Assembly: GCF_004010195.1 (NCBI RefSeq)
Contig: NC_057720.1
Coordinates: forward strand, 34,574,229-34,638,228
DNA: 64,000 nucleotides
Direction: 5' to 3'
Source: Chiloscyllium plagiosum
Lineage: Eukaryota
Part shown: positions 38,912 through 51,745 of the stretch, piece after piece
Layout: the number at the start of each line of letters is the position of its first letter
Numbering within the stretch: position 1 is the stretch's first letter
Program-made: the position numbers and the translations under genes
Notes under the pieces: model-generated
The model's input: only the letters and a program-made list of their open reading frames with translations
The model's database searches: none
Told to the model about the DNA's origin: nothing

Positions 38912-39037
38912 GTTGATGAAGAACTTATGCCCGAAACATTGAGTCTCTTGCTCCTTGTAGGCTGCTTGACCTGCTGTGATTTTCCAGTTCCACAGGTTTT
39001 GACTCTGATCTCCAGCATTTTCAGTCCTCACTTTCTC
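38912..39037 (+). mobile_element. Penelope family A mini-copy
   Basis: ttgatgaagaacttatgcccgaaacattga...cagtcctcactttctc. Confidence 0.8.
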
Positions 39038-39469
39038 TCAGTTGTCTGGATGGTTGATTTAGAACACAGCATGGTTCCATCAGTACAGATTCAATACTGC
39101 TGAGGTCGCCATGAAGGTTACACCACCACTCTAATGACAGAGTATCATTTTGTGATTTTACTCAACCATAAAACTATGTACACGAACAGCATATACTCAT
39201 ATAGAGGGACATGTATTGTTTCAACAGCACTTCCTTTGACATGGCTTGAACGTTATTACCACAGAGATGGCTGTGATTCCAGGTCCACCGTCATCTGTGC
39301 AGAAGATTGATAATGCATTCACACTTGCTGATGTCATCCACATGCAAAGAACACATTAAACGATAGTAGAAAATGTCCTCACTTTGTAAGATTTCTAATT
39401 TAATACTAATTTGTTTGAATTTGCCTATAATCTTCATTTTGCCCATTGGAAACTGGATTGTGATTTCTA

Positions 39470-39568
39470 CAACAAAAGCAGAAATTGTTGGAGAAACTCA
39501 GCAGGTCTGGCAGCACCTATAGGAAGAAAGCAGAGTTAACATTTCAAGTCTGGTGACCCTTCATCAGG
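39470..39568 (-). mobile_element. Penelope family D mini-copy with hammerhead remnant
   Basis: rc cctgatgaagggtcaccagacttgaaatgttaac; gatttct repeated on both flanks. Confidence 0.7.
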
Positions 39569-39655
39569 ATTTCTGAAATGTGGTTTATGTTTCATTCTTC
39601 CAGCCAGGAAACAGAGGAATATTTTAATTCCCCATGTCTCAGATATATTGCAATT

Positions 39656-40050
39656 CATTTTTTTATTCACAAGATACAGGCGGTATTTGTTGTCCAACTC
39701 TAATTATCATTAAAAGGTTGGGTAAGCTCCCCTCTTGTGGTGCTGGAGTCCATCTGGTGCAGCTTCAACCTCAATGCTGTTAGCGAGACAGTTCTAAGAT
39801 CTAACAGTGAAGGAAAAGTGATATAATTCCAAGTCAGGATGGTGCCTCGCTTGCTGGGAAACTGGTCTGTGATTCTGATTAATCTGCTGCTGTTGTCTTT
39901 CTAGATGGTAGATGTTGTGAGTTTAGAAGATGCTGTTGAAGGAGCTTTGGTGAGTCATTTTATTGTATCCTATTGATGGTACACACTACTGCTACTATAC
40001 GTTGGTGGTGAAGAGAATACTGACTAAATGGACTGCTTTGTTCTTGGGTT
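39656..40050 (-). mobile_element. Decayed LINE 3' end (CR1/L2 clade)
   Basis: T-rich end and a tail similar to that of the second SINE family. Confidence 0.55.
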
Positions 40051-41529
40051 GTCAGTTAAGTACAGAGTACTAAACCAGTGTAACATTCATTATCCACTCT
40101 TCAATAATATTTAGCCAGAAGCTTCTTTAGTTTATAATCATATCCCCCTGTTCTCACTGGTTCTGGACAAAAGACTTGGCTAAGTTACTGAGGCAATTAT
40201 TAGGAACTGCTACGGCTGAATGGAGTTGGCGAAAACCTCTCATTTTTCAGCCCCTTCAGTCAGCGATAATTGTTGTTATATTGTGCAGAGAGAATAAGAA
40301 ATGACCAGCAGTGAGTTACAGCGCAATATTTTAGTTGTGTGTTTCTTATGAACATCAACAGAACTCTGAGACTGAATTATTGCCTTATCATATTGCCAGC
40401 TATTAGCCATATGCATAATTCATTCTTTTTAAAGTTGCTTATTTTACTTAGTTATTCAATAGGCACACATACTGTGATAAAAGCTGGATGGCCTATATCA
40501 AAGAGTAACAAAGGCGATGGAGATATGTGAGTTGAATGTGTATAGAGTCACCTGATTTATACTATAGCATTACAAATGCTTCATTTATGATAATAGATTG
40601 CGAGCCGATAGTCTATGGAATATATATTCCAAATAGATTACAATATATGTACCTTTCATTTTTAGTAAGTCTTAAGTGGGCTTCACAACATACTCACAAA
40701 ATGTTCCGTCTTGTAACAATTATATGCCACACATTTATGTCAGAATTTGACGATAAGTATTGTTGTAATGTTGTAATAAGAACATTGCTTCAAAGGACCT
40801 GGACCTTTCCTGCTAGTCGTGATACATTTGCAATTGCTTACCACTAGGTGGTGCTGTGTAGGCTGCTGCAGAGTTGCTGTTTGAACTACTTTCATGTTAC
40901 TCTTTTCAGGAAAGTATTTTCCATAAACTATTTTTGACATCATTGATCTTTTCCAGCGTTTCACTTTAGGGATTGCCTTTATCAGGCTCCAGGTTCTCTA
41001 ATCTTTCTCCCAGGTCAGCTACTTCAGTTCCACCCTGCATTCTTTGACTCCCTTTGCTCTCCTGACCAACTGTAGTCCACACATTATAAATTCTAACTCT
41101 TCTCATTTCACTTTCTTGTCTAGTTTGTTCTATCTTTCCTGATCAGGCCACCTGAATAATTCTGCTAAGAGCCTCAAAAAATCTTCTTTGTACTTTCTTT
41201 CTGCTAATTCAATGTCTTTTCACAGCATGTAGACCTGAACTTTATGCTGTGCCCAAAAGCTGGTCTCAGAAAGAGCTTATATCAATTTTGCTTAACTTTT
41301 GCCTTTTGTTCCCCTTTGGGAATGAACCCCAGTGCCTTGTGTGCCTGATTGAAGATTGGAATTGGAAAATGAAACGTCAATGTTGTATGACTCAGATTTC
41401 TCGGCCAGAAACAGCTTTGAACTGTAGTCATTGGACCAATTATGGAGATTATGATAACTTTAGGGTACTTTGAGCGTGAATGCTAATATGGGTGAGTGAA
41501 GTACATAGAAGCTCCTACAACTAGATCAG

Positions 41530-41650
41530 AAAGGTTGAGAGGGATTTGGGCCAAATGCAGGTAAATAGGACTATCCAGTTTAGGAAACCTGGTTGACATG
41601 GACGAAATGGGCCAGCGGGTCTGTTTCTGTGCTGGGTGACTCTATGACTG
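41530..41650 (+). mobile_element. CR1 3' tail fragment
   Basis: gagggatttgggccaaatgcagg...gggtctgtttctgtgctg...tgactctatgact. Confidence 0.8.
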
Positions 41651-42344
41651 TCACTGTTATTTTACGCCTTGCTGGTGCTAATGCAGCTTCTGCCCTACCT
41701 CCCTCTTCCTTTTCATTCTGCACTGAACTTATCTCCTGACATTGCTGGATGCGTTGTCATAGTGATGGGCTGCAGAACAACGGTAATAATCTGCGATTTT
41801 ATTGATTCCATCTAATTCATTCAATATTGGAATCCTTTTTGCAATATTCTTGGAAAGTTTGGATGGCATTTGAACGTCACTATGTTTTGATTTTTAACCT
41901 TGATGTGGGGCTTCTGAACTACTCTTGTTGACTGTTAGTCAGCTGTGCAATCTCTCTGCAATTTCAAAGAATTCTTCAAAAGGGAGCTTTTATGAGAAAT
42001 TAAACGCAACGTCAAAATTTCTATAGTTAATCAGTCAGAGAGATCTAATAAGATTTGGATATTGTTGGAATTATTTTCTTGTGATTTATGTAGGACAATA
42101 GAATTGTTAATTACCAATCAAAGGCAACTTGATGCCCTTATTGATGTGCTGTACTCTGTGAAACCCAGACACCAGGTGGCTGAAAGTGTGTTGCTTTTGT
42201 AACATGCACCAGATGAGTTCTGAAGTGAAGCAACTGTAGATGATTAGCTCTAAGTTCAATAACTGAAACAGAAAACAACTTTCAGAATAGCTGACAGTTC
42301 CGAGAGCTGACACAGACATACCATGTTTATAGCCTCCTTTAGAT

Positions 42345-43945
42345 AGTCAGAGTGTCATAGAGATGTACAGCATGAAAACAAACCCTTTGGTCCAACTCGT
42401 CCATACCAACCAGATATCCCAACACAGTCTAGTCCCCCCTGCCAGCACCCGGCCCATATCCCTCCAAATCTTTCCTATTCATATACCCATCCAGATGCCT
42501 TTTAAATGTTGCAATTGTACCAGCCTCCTCCACTTCCTCTGGCAGCCCATTCCACACACGCACCACCCTCTGCATGAAAACGTTGCCCCTTAGGTCTCTT
42601 TTATATCTTTCCCCTCTCACCCTAAACCTCGGCCCTCTAGCTCTGGACTCCCCCACTCCAGGGAAAAGACCTTGTCTATTTACCCGATCCATGTCTTTCA
42701 TGATTTTATAAATTTCTATAAGGTCACCCCTTAGCCTCCGACGCTCCAGGGAAAACAGCCCTAGCCTATTCAATCTCTCCCTATAGCTCAAATCCTCCAA
42801 CCCTGGCAACATGCCTATAAATCCTTTCTGAACCCTTTCAAGTTTCACAACATACTTTCGATAGGCAGGAGACCAGAATTGCACGCAATATTCCAACAGT
42901 GGCCTAACCAATGTCCTGTACAGCCACAACATGACCTCCCAACTCCTGTATTCAATGCTCTGACCAATAAAGGAAAGCATACCAAACGCCTTCTTCACTG
43001 TCCTATCTACCTGCGACTCCACTTTCAAGGAGCTATGAACTGGCACTCCAAGGTCTCTTTATTCAGTAACACTCCCTTGGACCTTTCCATTAAGTGTCTA
43101 GATTAGACTGGTGCTGGAAACGCACAGCAGGTCAGGCAGCATCCGAGGGGCAGGAAAATCGATGCTTCGGGCAAAAGCCCTTCATCAGGAATCCTGAATC
43201 AGGAATCAGAGTTCCTGATGAAGGGCTTTTGCCCGAAGTGTTGATTTTCCTGCTCCTCGGATGCTGCCTGACCTGCTTTGTGTTTCCAGCACCAGCCTAA
43301 TCTAGACTCTGATCTCCAGCATCTTCAGTCCTCACTTTTGCCTTACCATTAAGTGTATAAGTCCTGCTAAGGTTGCTTTCCCAAAATGCAGCACCTTGGA
43401 TTTATCTAAATTAAACTCCATCTGCCACTCTTCAGTCCATTGGCTCAAGATACCGAGATAACCTTCTTCACTGTCCAGTACACCTCCAATTTTGGTGTCA
43501 TCTGCAAACTTACTAACTATATTTCTTAAGTTCACATCCAAATCATTTGTATAAATGACAAAAATTAGTGGACCCAGCATCAATCCTTGTGGCACTCCAC
43601 TGGTCACAGGTCTCCAATCTGAAAGACAACCCTCCACCACCATCTTCTGTCTTCTACCTTTGAACCAGTTCTGTATCCAAATGGCTAGTTCTCCCTGTAT
43701 TCCATGAGATCTAATCTTGCTAACCAATCTCCCATGGGGAACCTTGTTGAACGCCTTACTGAAGACCATATAAATCACGTCTCCACTCTGCCCTCATCAA
43801 TCTTCTTTGTTACTTCTTCAAAAAACTCATTCAGGCTGGTGTGTCATGATTTCCCCACGTACATGTTAACTGTCCCTAATTAGTCCTTGCCTTTCCAAAT
43901 ACATGTACTTCCTGTCCCTCAGGATTCCTTCCAACAACTTGCCCT
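42345..43945 (-). mobile_element. CR1 LINE 3' portion
   Basis: FSKAFNKVPH, GVPQGLMLGP, FADDTK, RPLLEYCVQFWSP; 3' tail. Confidence 0.95.
43098..43340. mobile_element. Palindromic Penelope family A mini-element with two opposed hammerhead cores
   Basis: Arms of about 95 bp; 16-bp TSD cctt(t/a)ccattaagtgt (43082-43097 / 43341-43356) restores the host CR1. Confidence 0.92.
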
Positions 43946-44476
43946 TGATCTTCAACAGGTCTGTGATTCTGTCCAATTGTCAGTCATACTCTCTTTAAAT
44001 GATTGAGTAATTGAATGAATAGCTAGCAAACATCCCAGTGTGCACTCAATGAATCAAGTTCTGCATACTAAAAGTACAAGGCTGTACATGGGATGGATTA
44101 GCATGCATATATGTATTTGTCTAGTCACTAATAGAGGTCTACAACACGGAAACAGGCGCTTGCTCATGCCACCAAATAATGAAGCCGTATACTACAGAGG
44201 TGCTGCCACAAAAGCTACTAAACAAATTCAACAAACCCAAATTATTGTCTAGTGCATGGAGACATCATTTGCCTACACGTCTGCAGGTGGGCAGTGTGAC
44301 AAGCATTCCAGAACAGAATCAGTCTTACTATATAAATATAAAGAAATGTGTATTAAGTATAAAGTTAATACATTATATAATATAACATGCATTATGTATA
44401 AAATAAATACATTACATCCTTCACATAAAATATATGATTATATTTTATAAAATATATGATAAAATATATGATTATG

Positions 44477-45502
44477 GATGTAGGTTTGGTCGCTGAGCTG
44501 GAAGGTTCATTTTCAGATATGTTGGAACATCTTCAGTGAGCCTCCGGACAAAGCACTGCTGATAATTCCTGCTTTCTATTATATATTTGGGTTTCTTTTT
44601 TGTGAGTGATGTCATTTCCTGTGGTGATGTCATTTCCTACGGTGATGTCATTTTCTGATTTTTTTTCTCTCAGGGCGTGGTAAATAGGGTCTAAGTCAAT
44701 GTGTTTATTGATTGAGTTCAGATTGGAATGCCATGCTTCTAGGAATTCTCGTGCATGTTTCTATTTGGCTTGTCCGAGGATGGATGCATTGTTCCAGTCG
44801 AAGTGGTGCCCTTCCTCATCTGTATGTAAGGATACTAATGAGAGAGAGTCATGTCATTTCGTGGCTAGTTAATGTTCAATTATCCTGGTGGCTAGTTTTC
44901 TGCCTGTTTGTCCAATGTGGTATTTGTTACAGTTCTTGTATGGTATTTTGTAAATGGCATTAGTTTTGCTTGTTGTCTGTGTAGGGTCTTTCAAGTTCAT
45001 TAGCTGCTGTTTTAGTGTGTTGGTGATTTTGTGAGCTGCCATACTACTACTCAGACCCCTTGGCATCATGGTAGCCCACAAACCCACCAACACACTAAAA
45101 CAGCAGCTAATGAACTTGAAAGATCCTATTCAGAAAACAAGCAAAATTAATGTCATTTACAAAGTACCGTGCCAGAACTGTAACAAATACTACATTGGAC
45201 AAACAGGCACAACTAGCTACAAAATGACATGACCCTCTCTCACTAGTATCCTTACTTACACATAAGGAAGGACACCACTTCAACTGGGACAACACATCCA
45301 TGTTAGGGCAAGCCAAACAGAAACACACATGAGAATTCCTCGAAGCATGGCATTCCAACTGGAACTCTGTCAACAAGCACATTGACTTGGACTCCATTTA
45401 CCACCACTAGTATGGTGACGAAATGTCTGAAAATGAACCTTCCAGCTCAGCGAGCAAACCTACATCCAGAACTTCCAGCTGAGCTACAAGTCTTCTCAAA
45501 AC
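44477..45502. mobile_element. Inverted pair of Penelope family C 3' ends (GIY-YIG endonuclease + terminal repeat)
   Basis: NAIYKIPYKNCNKYHIGQTGRKL on the minus strand and NVIYKVPCQNCNKYYIGQTG on the plus strand; tgattatg on both flanks. Confidence 0.9.
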
Positions 45503-45809
45503 TGATTATGAATTGCATTTTAATCCTATATAAAAGGAAAAGTTAGGAATGACAACAATATGATGTTCTTATTGAGAAAGTCCAATTTTATAACCATCAA
45601 TCATTATAATCACTCCAAAATATCTGCTGTCTGTTGTAATGTATTCAATAAAATTCATGAAGTTGCACTTATTTGCAAAAATATTTTCTGTAGTGGCTGA
45701 TCTGGTAGCCATAAATAGATACCAGATGCAAATTGTGGCATTGATGTTTGACAATCTCCATGCTGAAGGTGATGCAGGTACAGCAAATAGATGAACTCGG
45801 TTACTCCTG

Positions 45810-45925
45810 TTCTGAAGAAGAGTAATGATACCTCTGATTTATCTCCACAGGTGCTGCCAGAGTTTTTCCAGCAGTTTCTGATTTAATTTCTGATTTCCAG
45901 CATACGCAGTTCTTTGACTTTTCAG
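45810..45925 (+). mobile_element. Penelope family D remnant
   Basis: ttctgaagaag...ctccacaggtgctgccaga...gatttccagcatacgcagt. Confidence 0.6.
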
Positions 45926-46719
45926 TTAAGCTAATGCCAGTGCTAATGTTAGAATTCCATGTTATTCATGAATTGTTCAGTCATTCCCCTTGTTTCCAGA
46001 CGTTCACACTTTAAAAGACCTGTATCAGAAGAATCAAGTTCTGAACATTCCGTCAAAGCATCTGATCTGCATTTTAGGAATGTAGCCACAAGGAGGTGCT
46101 CTTGCACTGTATTCAAAACAATATGTTACATATGCCACCTGGTGGCAGAATGTGTAATATGTTTTCAAGAGTTGCATCTTTTCCAAACAAATCTGTATCT
46201 AGACCAAATTATTTAATGTTAAATGGTGAACTATGACAAATTTACATGATGGAAGTAGATTGTCAATTTTTCTTTAAAAATACACTTTTTGAATTTGGCC
46301 TATTTTCATGTTTATGCCAATGTTTTCTCCAATGTAATTAGAGAATGGTGGATGAAATTTGCAGTAGTTATTAAATTACAGAAAATCAACAGATTTTACA
46401 TGTTGCTTTTCCTTCATGCAGTCAACATGATATTCAGTTTGAAAGCATGTGATAATGTTGCAGAGTTAGATGAGGTAACTTTCTATAAGCAAGTTTGCAC
46501 TTCAGTTTTCCTTCCAATTCTGATGAGGGAAAGGAGTTTCAGCCTCAGAAAAAAACACATAAGGACAACTTGATGAAAGGATGATGTGCTAAATTTAAAA
46601 TCTCTTTAAAAAACTGTACATTTATAAGGAAATTTCTGAAAGCTTTTTAAATTTCTACAAAATTTCTACAAAAGGAGGTGATGATGAAGTGATAATGTCA
46701 CTGGATTAGTTCTCCAGAG

Positions 46720-46923
46720 GAGAAAGTGAGGTCTGCAGATGCTGGAGATCAGAGCTGGAAATGTGTTGCTGGAAAAGCGCAGCAGGTCAGGCAGCATCCA
46801 GGGAACAGGAGAATCGACGTTTTGGGCATAAGCCTGAAGAAGGGCTTATGCCCGAAACGTCGATTCTCCTGTTCCCTGGATGCTGCCTGACCTGCTGCGC
46901 TTTTCCAGCAACACATTTCCAGC
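46720..46923. mobile_element. Palindromic Penelope family A mini-element
   Basis: Near-perfect arms of about 80 bp plus tail; exact 13-bp TSD tagttctccagag (46707-46719 / 46924-46936). Confidence 0.92.
46833..46865 (+). ncRNA. Hammerhead core at the palindrome centre (stem I 5' strand truncated)
   Basis: C-CUGAAGA-A-GGGC-UUAU-GCCC-GAA-ACGU-C-GAUU. Confidence 0.7.
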
Positions 46924-47157
46924 TAGTTCTCCAGAGCCCCAGTGTAATGTTCTGGGGGAATGGGATTGAATCCCATCATGGATTCAGATTGCAATGTGGC
47001 AATTGGTGGAATTTAAGCTCAATTAATAAATCTGGAATTTTAAAAAGTGATAGTCTTAATGAAACCATTGTTGATGATGTAAAACCCCATCTCATTCATA
47101 AATGCCCTTTCGGGAAGAAAATCCACCATTCTTATCTGGCCTGGAATAAATATGACT

Positions 47158-47522
47158 CAATAGACAATAGACAATAGACAATAGGTGCAGGAGTAGGCCA
47201 TTCTGCCCTTCGAGCCTGCACCACCATTCAATATGATCATGGCTGATCATCCTTAATCAGTATCCTGTTCCTGCCTTATCTCCATAACCCTTGATTCCAC
47301 AATCCTTGAGAGCTCTATCCAACTCTTTCTTAAATTAATCCAGAGACTGGGCCTCCACTGCCCTCTGGGGCAGAGCACTCCACACAGCCACCATTCTCTG
47401 GGTGAAGAAGTTTCTCCTTATCTCTGTCCTAAATGGTCTACCCCGTATTTTTAAGCTGTTTCCTGCCTCCAGAGTGTCCAATCCTTTAATAATCTTATAT
47501 GTCTCAATCATATCCCCACTCA
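47158..47522 (-). mobile_element. Young CR1 3' fragment (third subfamily)
   Basis: (caataga)n tail; RRNFFTQRMVAVWSALP; closely similar to 61541-61799. Confidence 0.92.
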
Positions 47523-47732
47523 TGTTTTATTTAAATATTTCCAAAGATGTAAAGGGACATTCTCATATTTAGATGCAGACAAAACAAAACTGGATAATGA
47601 TTTCCTGTGTGTCATTTTTTTTATCCTTGGGCTGTAGATCAGCTTTTGACCTAAGGACTGTTTCTCTGTTTGTGAAATGACCGCACAGAGGCTAGGTATC
47701 CCATCACCAAGTCACCCCTTTATTTGCATGAT

Positions 47733-47853
47733 GGAGCAAGTGAGGACTGCAGATGCTGGAGATCAGAGTTGAAGAGGGTGGTGCTGGAAAAGCACAGCCA
47801 GTCAGGCAGCATCCGAGGAGCAGGAGAGTCGACGTTTCGAGCATAAGCTCTTC
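47733..47853 (-). mobile_element. Penelope family A mini-copy truncated within the hammerhead core
   Basis: rc gaagagcttatgctcgaaacgtcgactctcc...cagtcctcacttgctcc. Confidence 0.85.
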
Positions 47854-47942
47854 GGCATCCTGAGTGGGCATCCACAATGAGAACATTGAGCTCATGTAGG
47901 ACCTGCATAGTTGATGTGTAACTGGGTCCAGGGTTTACCCAG

Positions 47943-48088
47943 ATTCTGAATCAGTGGTGCTGGAAGAGCACAGCAATTCAGGCAGCATCCGAGGACAGGC
48001 CTGTCCTCGGATGCTGCCTGAATTGCTGTGCTCTTCCAGCACCACTGATCCAGAATCTGGTTTCCAGCATCTGCAGTCATTGTTTTTA
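47943..48088. mobile_element. Palindromic Penelope family A mini-element lacking the hammerhead
   Basis: Spacer-less palindrome centred on gaggacagg|cctgtcctc; exact 15-bp TSD ccagggtttacccag (47928-47942 / 48089-48103). Confidence 0.92.
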
Positions 48089-48575
48089 CCAGGGTTTACC
48101 CAGCCATTCCATGTATGTGACGGAGCTGCTGGTGGTAACTTTTGTCCTTGTTGGCATTTTGGGCATTGCCACACCAACACAGCTGTGTCAGCATCCAATC
48201 TTGGCCACCAGATATAACTTCTCACCAGTGTTTCGGACAGCCCTGGATGGCACTGGTAGAGTTCAGCCAGTATGAGGTGGCAATCTTGACTATGAGACCA
48301 TTTCCAAGACTGACCCTTTCTCAATAGCAGATGTAAGGGTGCCAGAATAGAGGTCAGGTTACATATGAATTTTCTGTAATAAATGACCAATCCAAGAAAA
48401 GAGCTCCAAGACAGATATGAGAACCAGAGCACTTTTGATCGCCCTCACTTTACTTCCAAGGGATGTAACCCAGTCTTGTTGACTCTGTAGCCCAAGTGGG
48501 TCACTTGGGGTGCCTGGAACACACATTTTCCCTTCTAAAGCATACACCCGCTTGGAAGAAATGTCTAAGGACTAT

Positions 48576-49203
48576 TGTATGGTCCAGGCCAGACCGCCTC
48601 AAAAACGTTTCAAGAAGGTAGCCCAGATCCCAACTTTTCCAGTTGTTTTAAGCAGGTGTACAATGTATGCACCAGGAATGATGCAGCCGGCCTAACCTCT
48701 GGTTTTAAACAAAACAGCATGTATTTATACACAAACAGAAGAGAACAGAATATAATACAACAAAACTTATCTGAAAACCCAATCGACTCTATCGCAACTT
48801 AATAATGCGCTCTAAATACTTGCAACATCTCCATAAACACCCCCTTGGCAAAAAAGGTCTAATCAAACACAGGTTCTTACACGAGAAATGTCAGAGAGAG
48901 AGAGGGAGGATCAGCATGGAGCTGTCTCTTTGGGTCCAGAAGCTTCTCTGGGTTCCCAGCTCAAGCTTGACCAGCAGCTGCAAACAAAACAGCCTGCTAA
49001 ACCCAAAACAAACCAGAGTAAAGCTGAGCTGGGAGAACTGACCACTCCCCTTTCATTGTACAAGTGCGTTTTTAAAAAGTTAGCTACAATCAAATTAGCT
49101 CTAATACTCATACAAACTAGACACCTCGGAACCTCTGCATTTATGACTCCTCTGAAGAAAACCAAGGACAGAACAACCTTGTCATAGGAGCAGCATCATC
49201 ACA
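48576..49203 (-). repeat. 3' LTR of Gmr1 element 1
   Basis: TGT...ACA ends; homologous to 58180-58475; preceded on the minus strand by the PPT. Confidence 0.88.
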
Positions 49204-49216
49204 TCTCTCCCCTTTT
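49204..49216 (-). promoter_or_regulatory. Polypurine tract of element 1
   Basis: rc aaaaggggagaga immediately before the LTR TGTGA. Confidence 0.85.
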
Positions 49217-49754
49217 AAAAAAAGAACCATCTATATACAAAAATGGCTTCATTTCAAAATCTCTTCATCTTACACTGTGAGTACAACACATATACATTAC
49301 ATTGATATGATGATGCAAATATGCACATTAAATTCTATTACAGTCTGTTTTACTCCACCATCAAACGCCTCCGTTTCGCATCCAAGTCTCAACAATACAT
49401 CGGCAATCATGTTTTCTCGTCCTGTCATATGCACAATTTTCAAATTAAATGGCTGTAACAACAAGCTCCATCTAAACAGACTTGCATTTTTATCCTTACA
49501 TTTCTCCTCAAACTGCAATGCGTTATGATAAGTGTAGATGATGATTGTCTCAGACATTACTGGTAACATAACCTTTGAAATGTTGTAATGCCAACACCAT
49601 ACTCAAAGTCTCCTTCTCAACTGTCAAGTATTTCGGCTGATGAATGTTCAGCTTCCTGGAGAAATACCCGGTAGGCCTTTCTATCTTTGCATTGGCTTCC
49701 TGCAAGAGCACAGCACTGACACCCACATCACTCACATCAATAATCCAACAAAAA

Positions 49755-51525
49755 GTCATAGAGTCATAGAGATGTACAGCACAGAAACAGTCCCTTCGTT
49801 CCAACTTGTCCATGACGGCCAGATATCCCAACCTAATCTAGTCCCACTTGCCAACATCCGGCCCATATCCCTCCAAACCCTTCCTATTCATATACCCATC
49901 CAGATGTTTTTAAATGCTGCAATTGTACTAACCTCCACCACTTCCTCTGGCAGCTCATTCCATACATGTATTAGAGTCATAGAGATGTACAGAATGGAAA
50001 CAGACCCTTCGGTCCAACCCGTCCATGCCGACCAGATATCCCAACCAAATCTAGCCCACCTGCCAGCACCTGGCCCATATCCCTCCAAACACTTCCTATT
50101 TATATACCCATCCAAATGCCTCTTAAATGTTGCAATTGTACCAGCCTCCACCACATCCTCTGGCAGCTCATTCCATACATGTACCATCCTCTGCATGAAA
50201 AAGTTGCCCCTTAGGTCTCTTTTATATCTATCCCTTCTCATCCTCAACCTATGCCCTCTAGTTCTGGACTCCCCGATCCCAGGGAAAAGACTTTGTCTAT
50301 TTATCCTATCCATGCCCCTCATAATTTTGTAAACCTCTATAAGGTCACCCCTCAGCCTCTGACGCTCCAGAGAAAACAGCTCCAGCCTGTTCAGCCTCTC
50401 CCTTCAGCTCAGATCCTCCAACCCTGGCAACATCCTTGTAAATCTTTTCTGAACCCTTTCAAGTTTCACAACATCTTTCCGATAGGAAGGAGACCAGAAT
50501 TGCATGCAATATTTCAACAGTAGCCTGACCAATGTCCTGTACAGCCGCAGCATGACCTCCCAACTCCTGTACTCAGTACTCTGACCAATAAAGGAAAGCA
50601 TACGAAATGCTTTCTTCGTTATCCTATCTACCTGCGACTCCACTTTCAAGGAGCTATGAACCTGCACTGCAAGGTCTCTTTGTTCAGCAACACTCCCTAG
50701 GACCTTGCCATTAAGTGTATAAGTCCTGCTAAGATTTGCTTTCCCAAAATGCAGCACCTCACATTTATCTGAATTAAACTCCATCTGCCACTTCTCAGCC
50801 CATTGGCCCATCTGGTCCAGATCCTGTTGTAATCTGAGGTAACCCTCTTCGCTGTCCACTACACCTCCAATTTTGGTGTCATCTGCAAACTTACTAACTG
50901 TACCTCTTACACTCATATCCAAATCATTTATGTAAATGACNNNNNNNNNNNNNNNNNNNNNNNNNNNNNNNNNNNNNNNNNNNNNNNNNNNNNNNNNNNN
51001 NNNNNNNNNNNNNNNNNNNNNNNNNNNNNNNNNNNNNNNNNNNNNNNNNNNNNNNNNNNNNNNNNNNNNNNNNNNNNNNNNNNNNNNNNNNNNNNNNNNN
51101 NNNNNNNNTGACCATTGATGATACAAATACCTCAGCAAGAGGCCCAGCAATCACTTCTCTAGCTTCCCACAGAGTTCTCGGGTACACCTGATCAGGTCCT
51201 GGGGATTTATCCACTTTTAACCATTTCAAGACATCCAGCACTTCCTCCTCTGTAACCTGGACATTTTGCAAGATGTCACCATCTATTTCCCTACATTCTA
51301 TATCTTTCATATCCTTTTCCACAGTAAATACTGATGCAAAATATTCATTTAGTATCTTCTCCATTTCATGTACCCTCTGCGTGAAAAAGTTGCTCCTTAG
51401 GTGTCGTTTATATCTTTCCCCTCTCACCCTAAACCTATGCCCTCTAGTTCTGGACTCCCTCACCCCAGGGAAAATACTTTGTCTATTTATCATATCCATG
51501 CCTCTCATGGTTTTATAAACCACTA
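49755..51525 (-). mobile_element. CR1 inside CR1 (inner copy 49970-51367), within the Gmr1 RNase H region
   Basis: Two 3' tails; catgta duplicated around the inner copy; gap at 50941-51108. Confidence 0.9.
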
Positions 51526-51745
51526 AAAAGTTACCCGAATGGCTTTGCGTAATTAGGTGTGGCTAATTAGGTGTACCCCAATACTGGGATAGCGGTTAAC
51601 ACAGCTTTTAGTCTGTCAAATGCCTTCTGACAGTCCACTGAAACTTCTTGCCTTTCTTTAGCAATTCACTGAGTGGAGCAGCCACACTGCAAAAGTTTGG
51701 TACGACTTTCCGATAAAACCTACCCAATCCAAGGGAATCGTAGTA

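Larger units (their letters stand above)
46675..47157 (+). mobile_element. Second tRNA-derived SINE family, split by a Penelope palindrome
   Basis: taatgtcactggattagttctccagag|cccc... continues after the insertion. Confidence 0.75.
47671..48575 (-). mobile_element. Canonical-order Gypsy remnant (RT thumb then integrase), internally deleted
   Basis: FLGLVIYYRKFICNL..LAPLHLLLRK; HPG..VRSYIWWP..CPKCQ; PWTQLHINYAGP; IVDAHS. Confidence 0.85.

Noticed and set aside
46422..46474. Isolated plus-strand exon-like segments (also near 9226, 12660-12755, 13692-13733, 15000 and 28960)
   Set aside because: Splice-like signals only; no recognisable protein and no consistent exon chain. RNA-seq would be needed.
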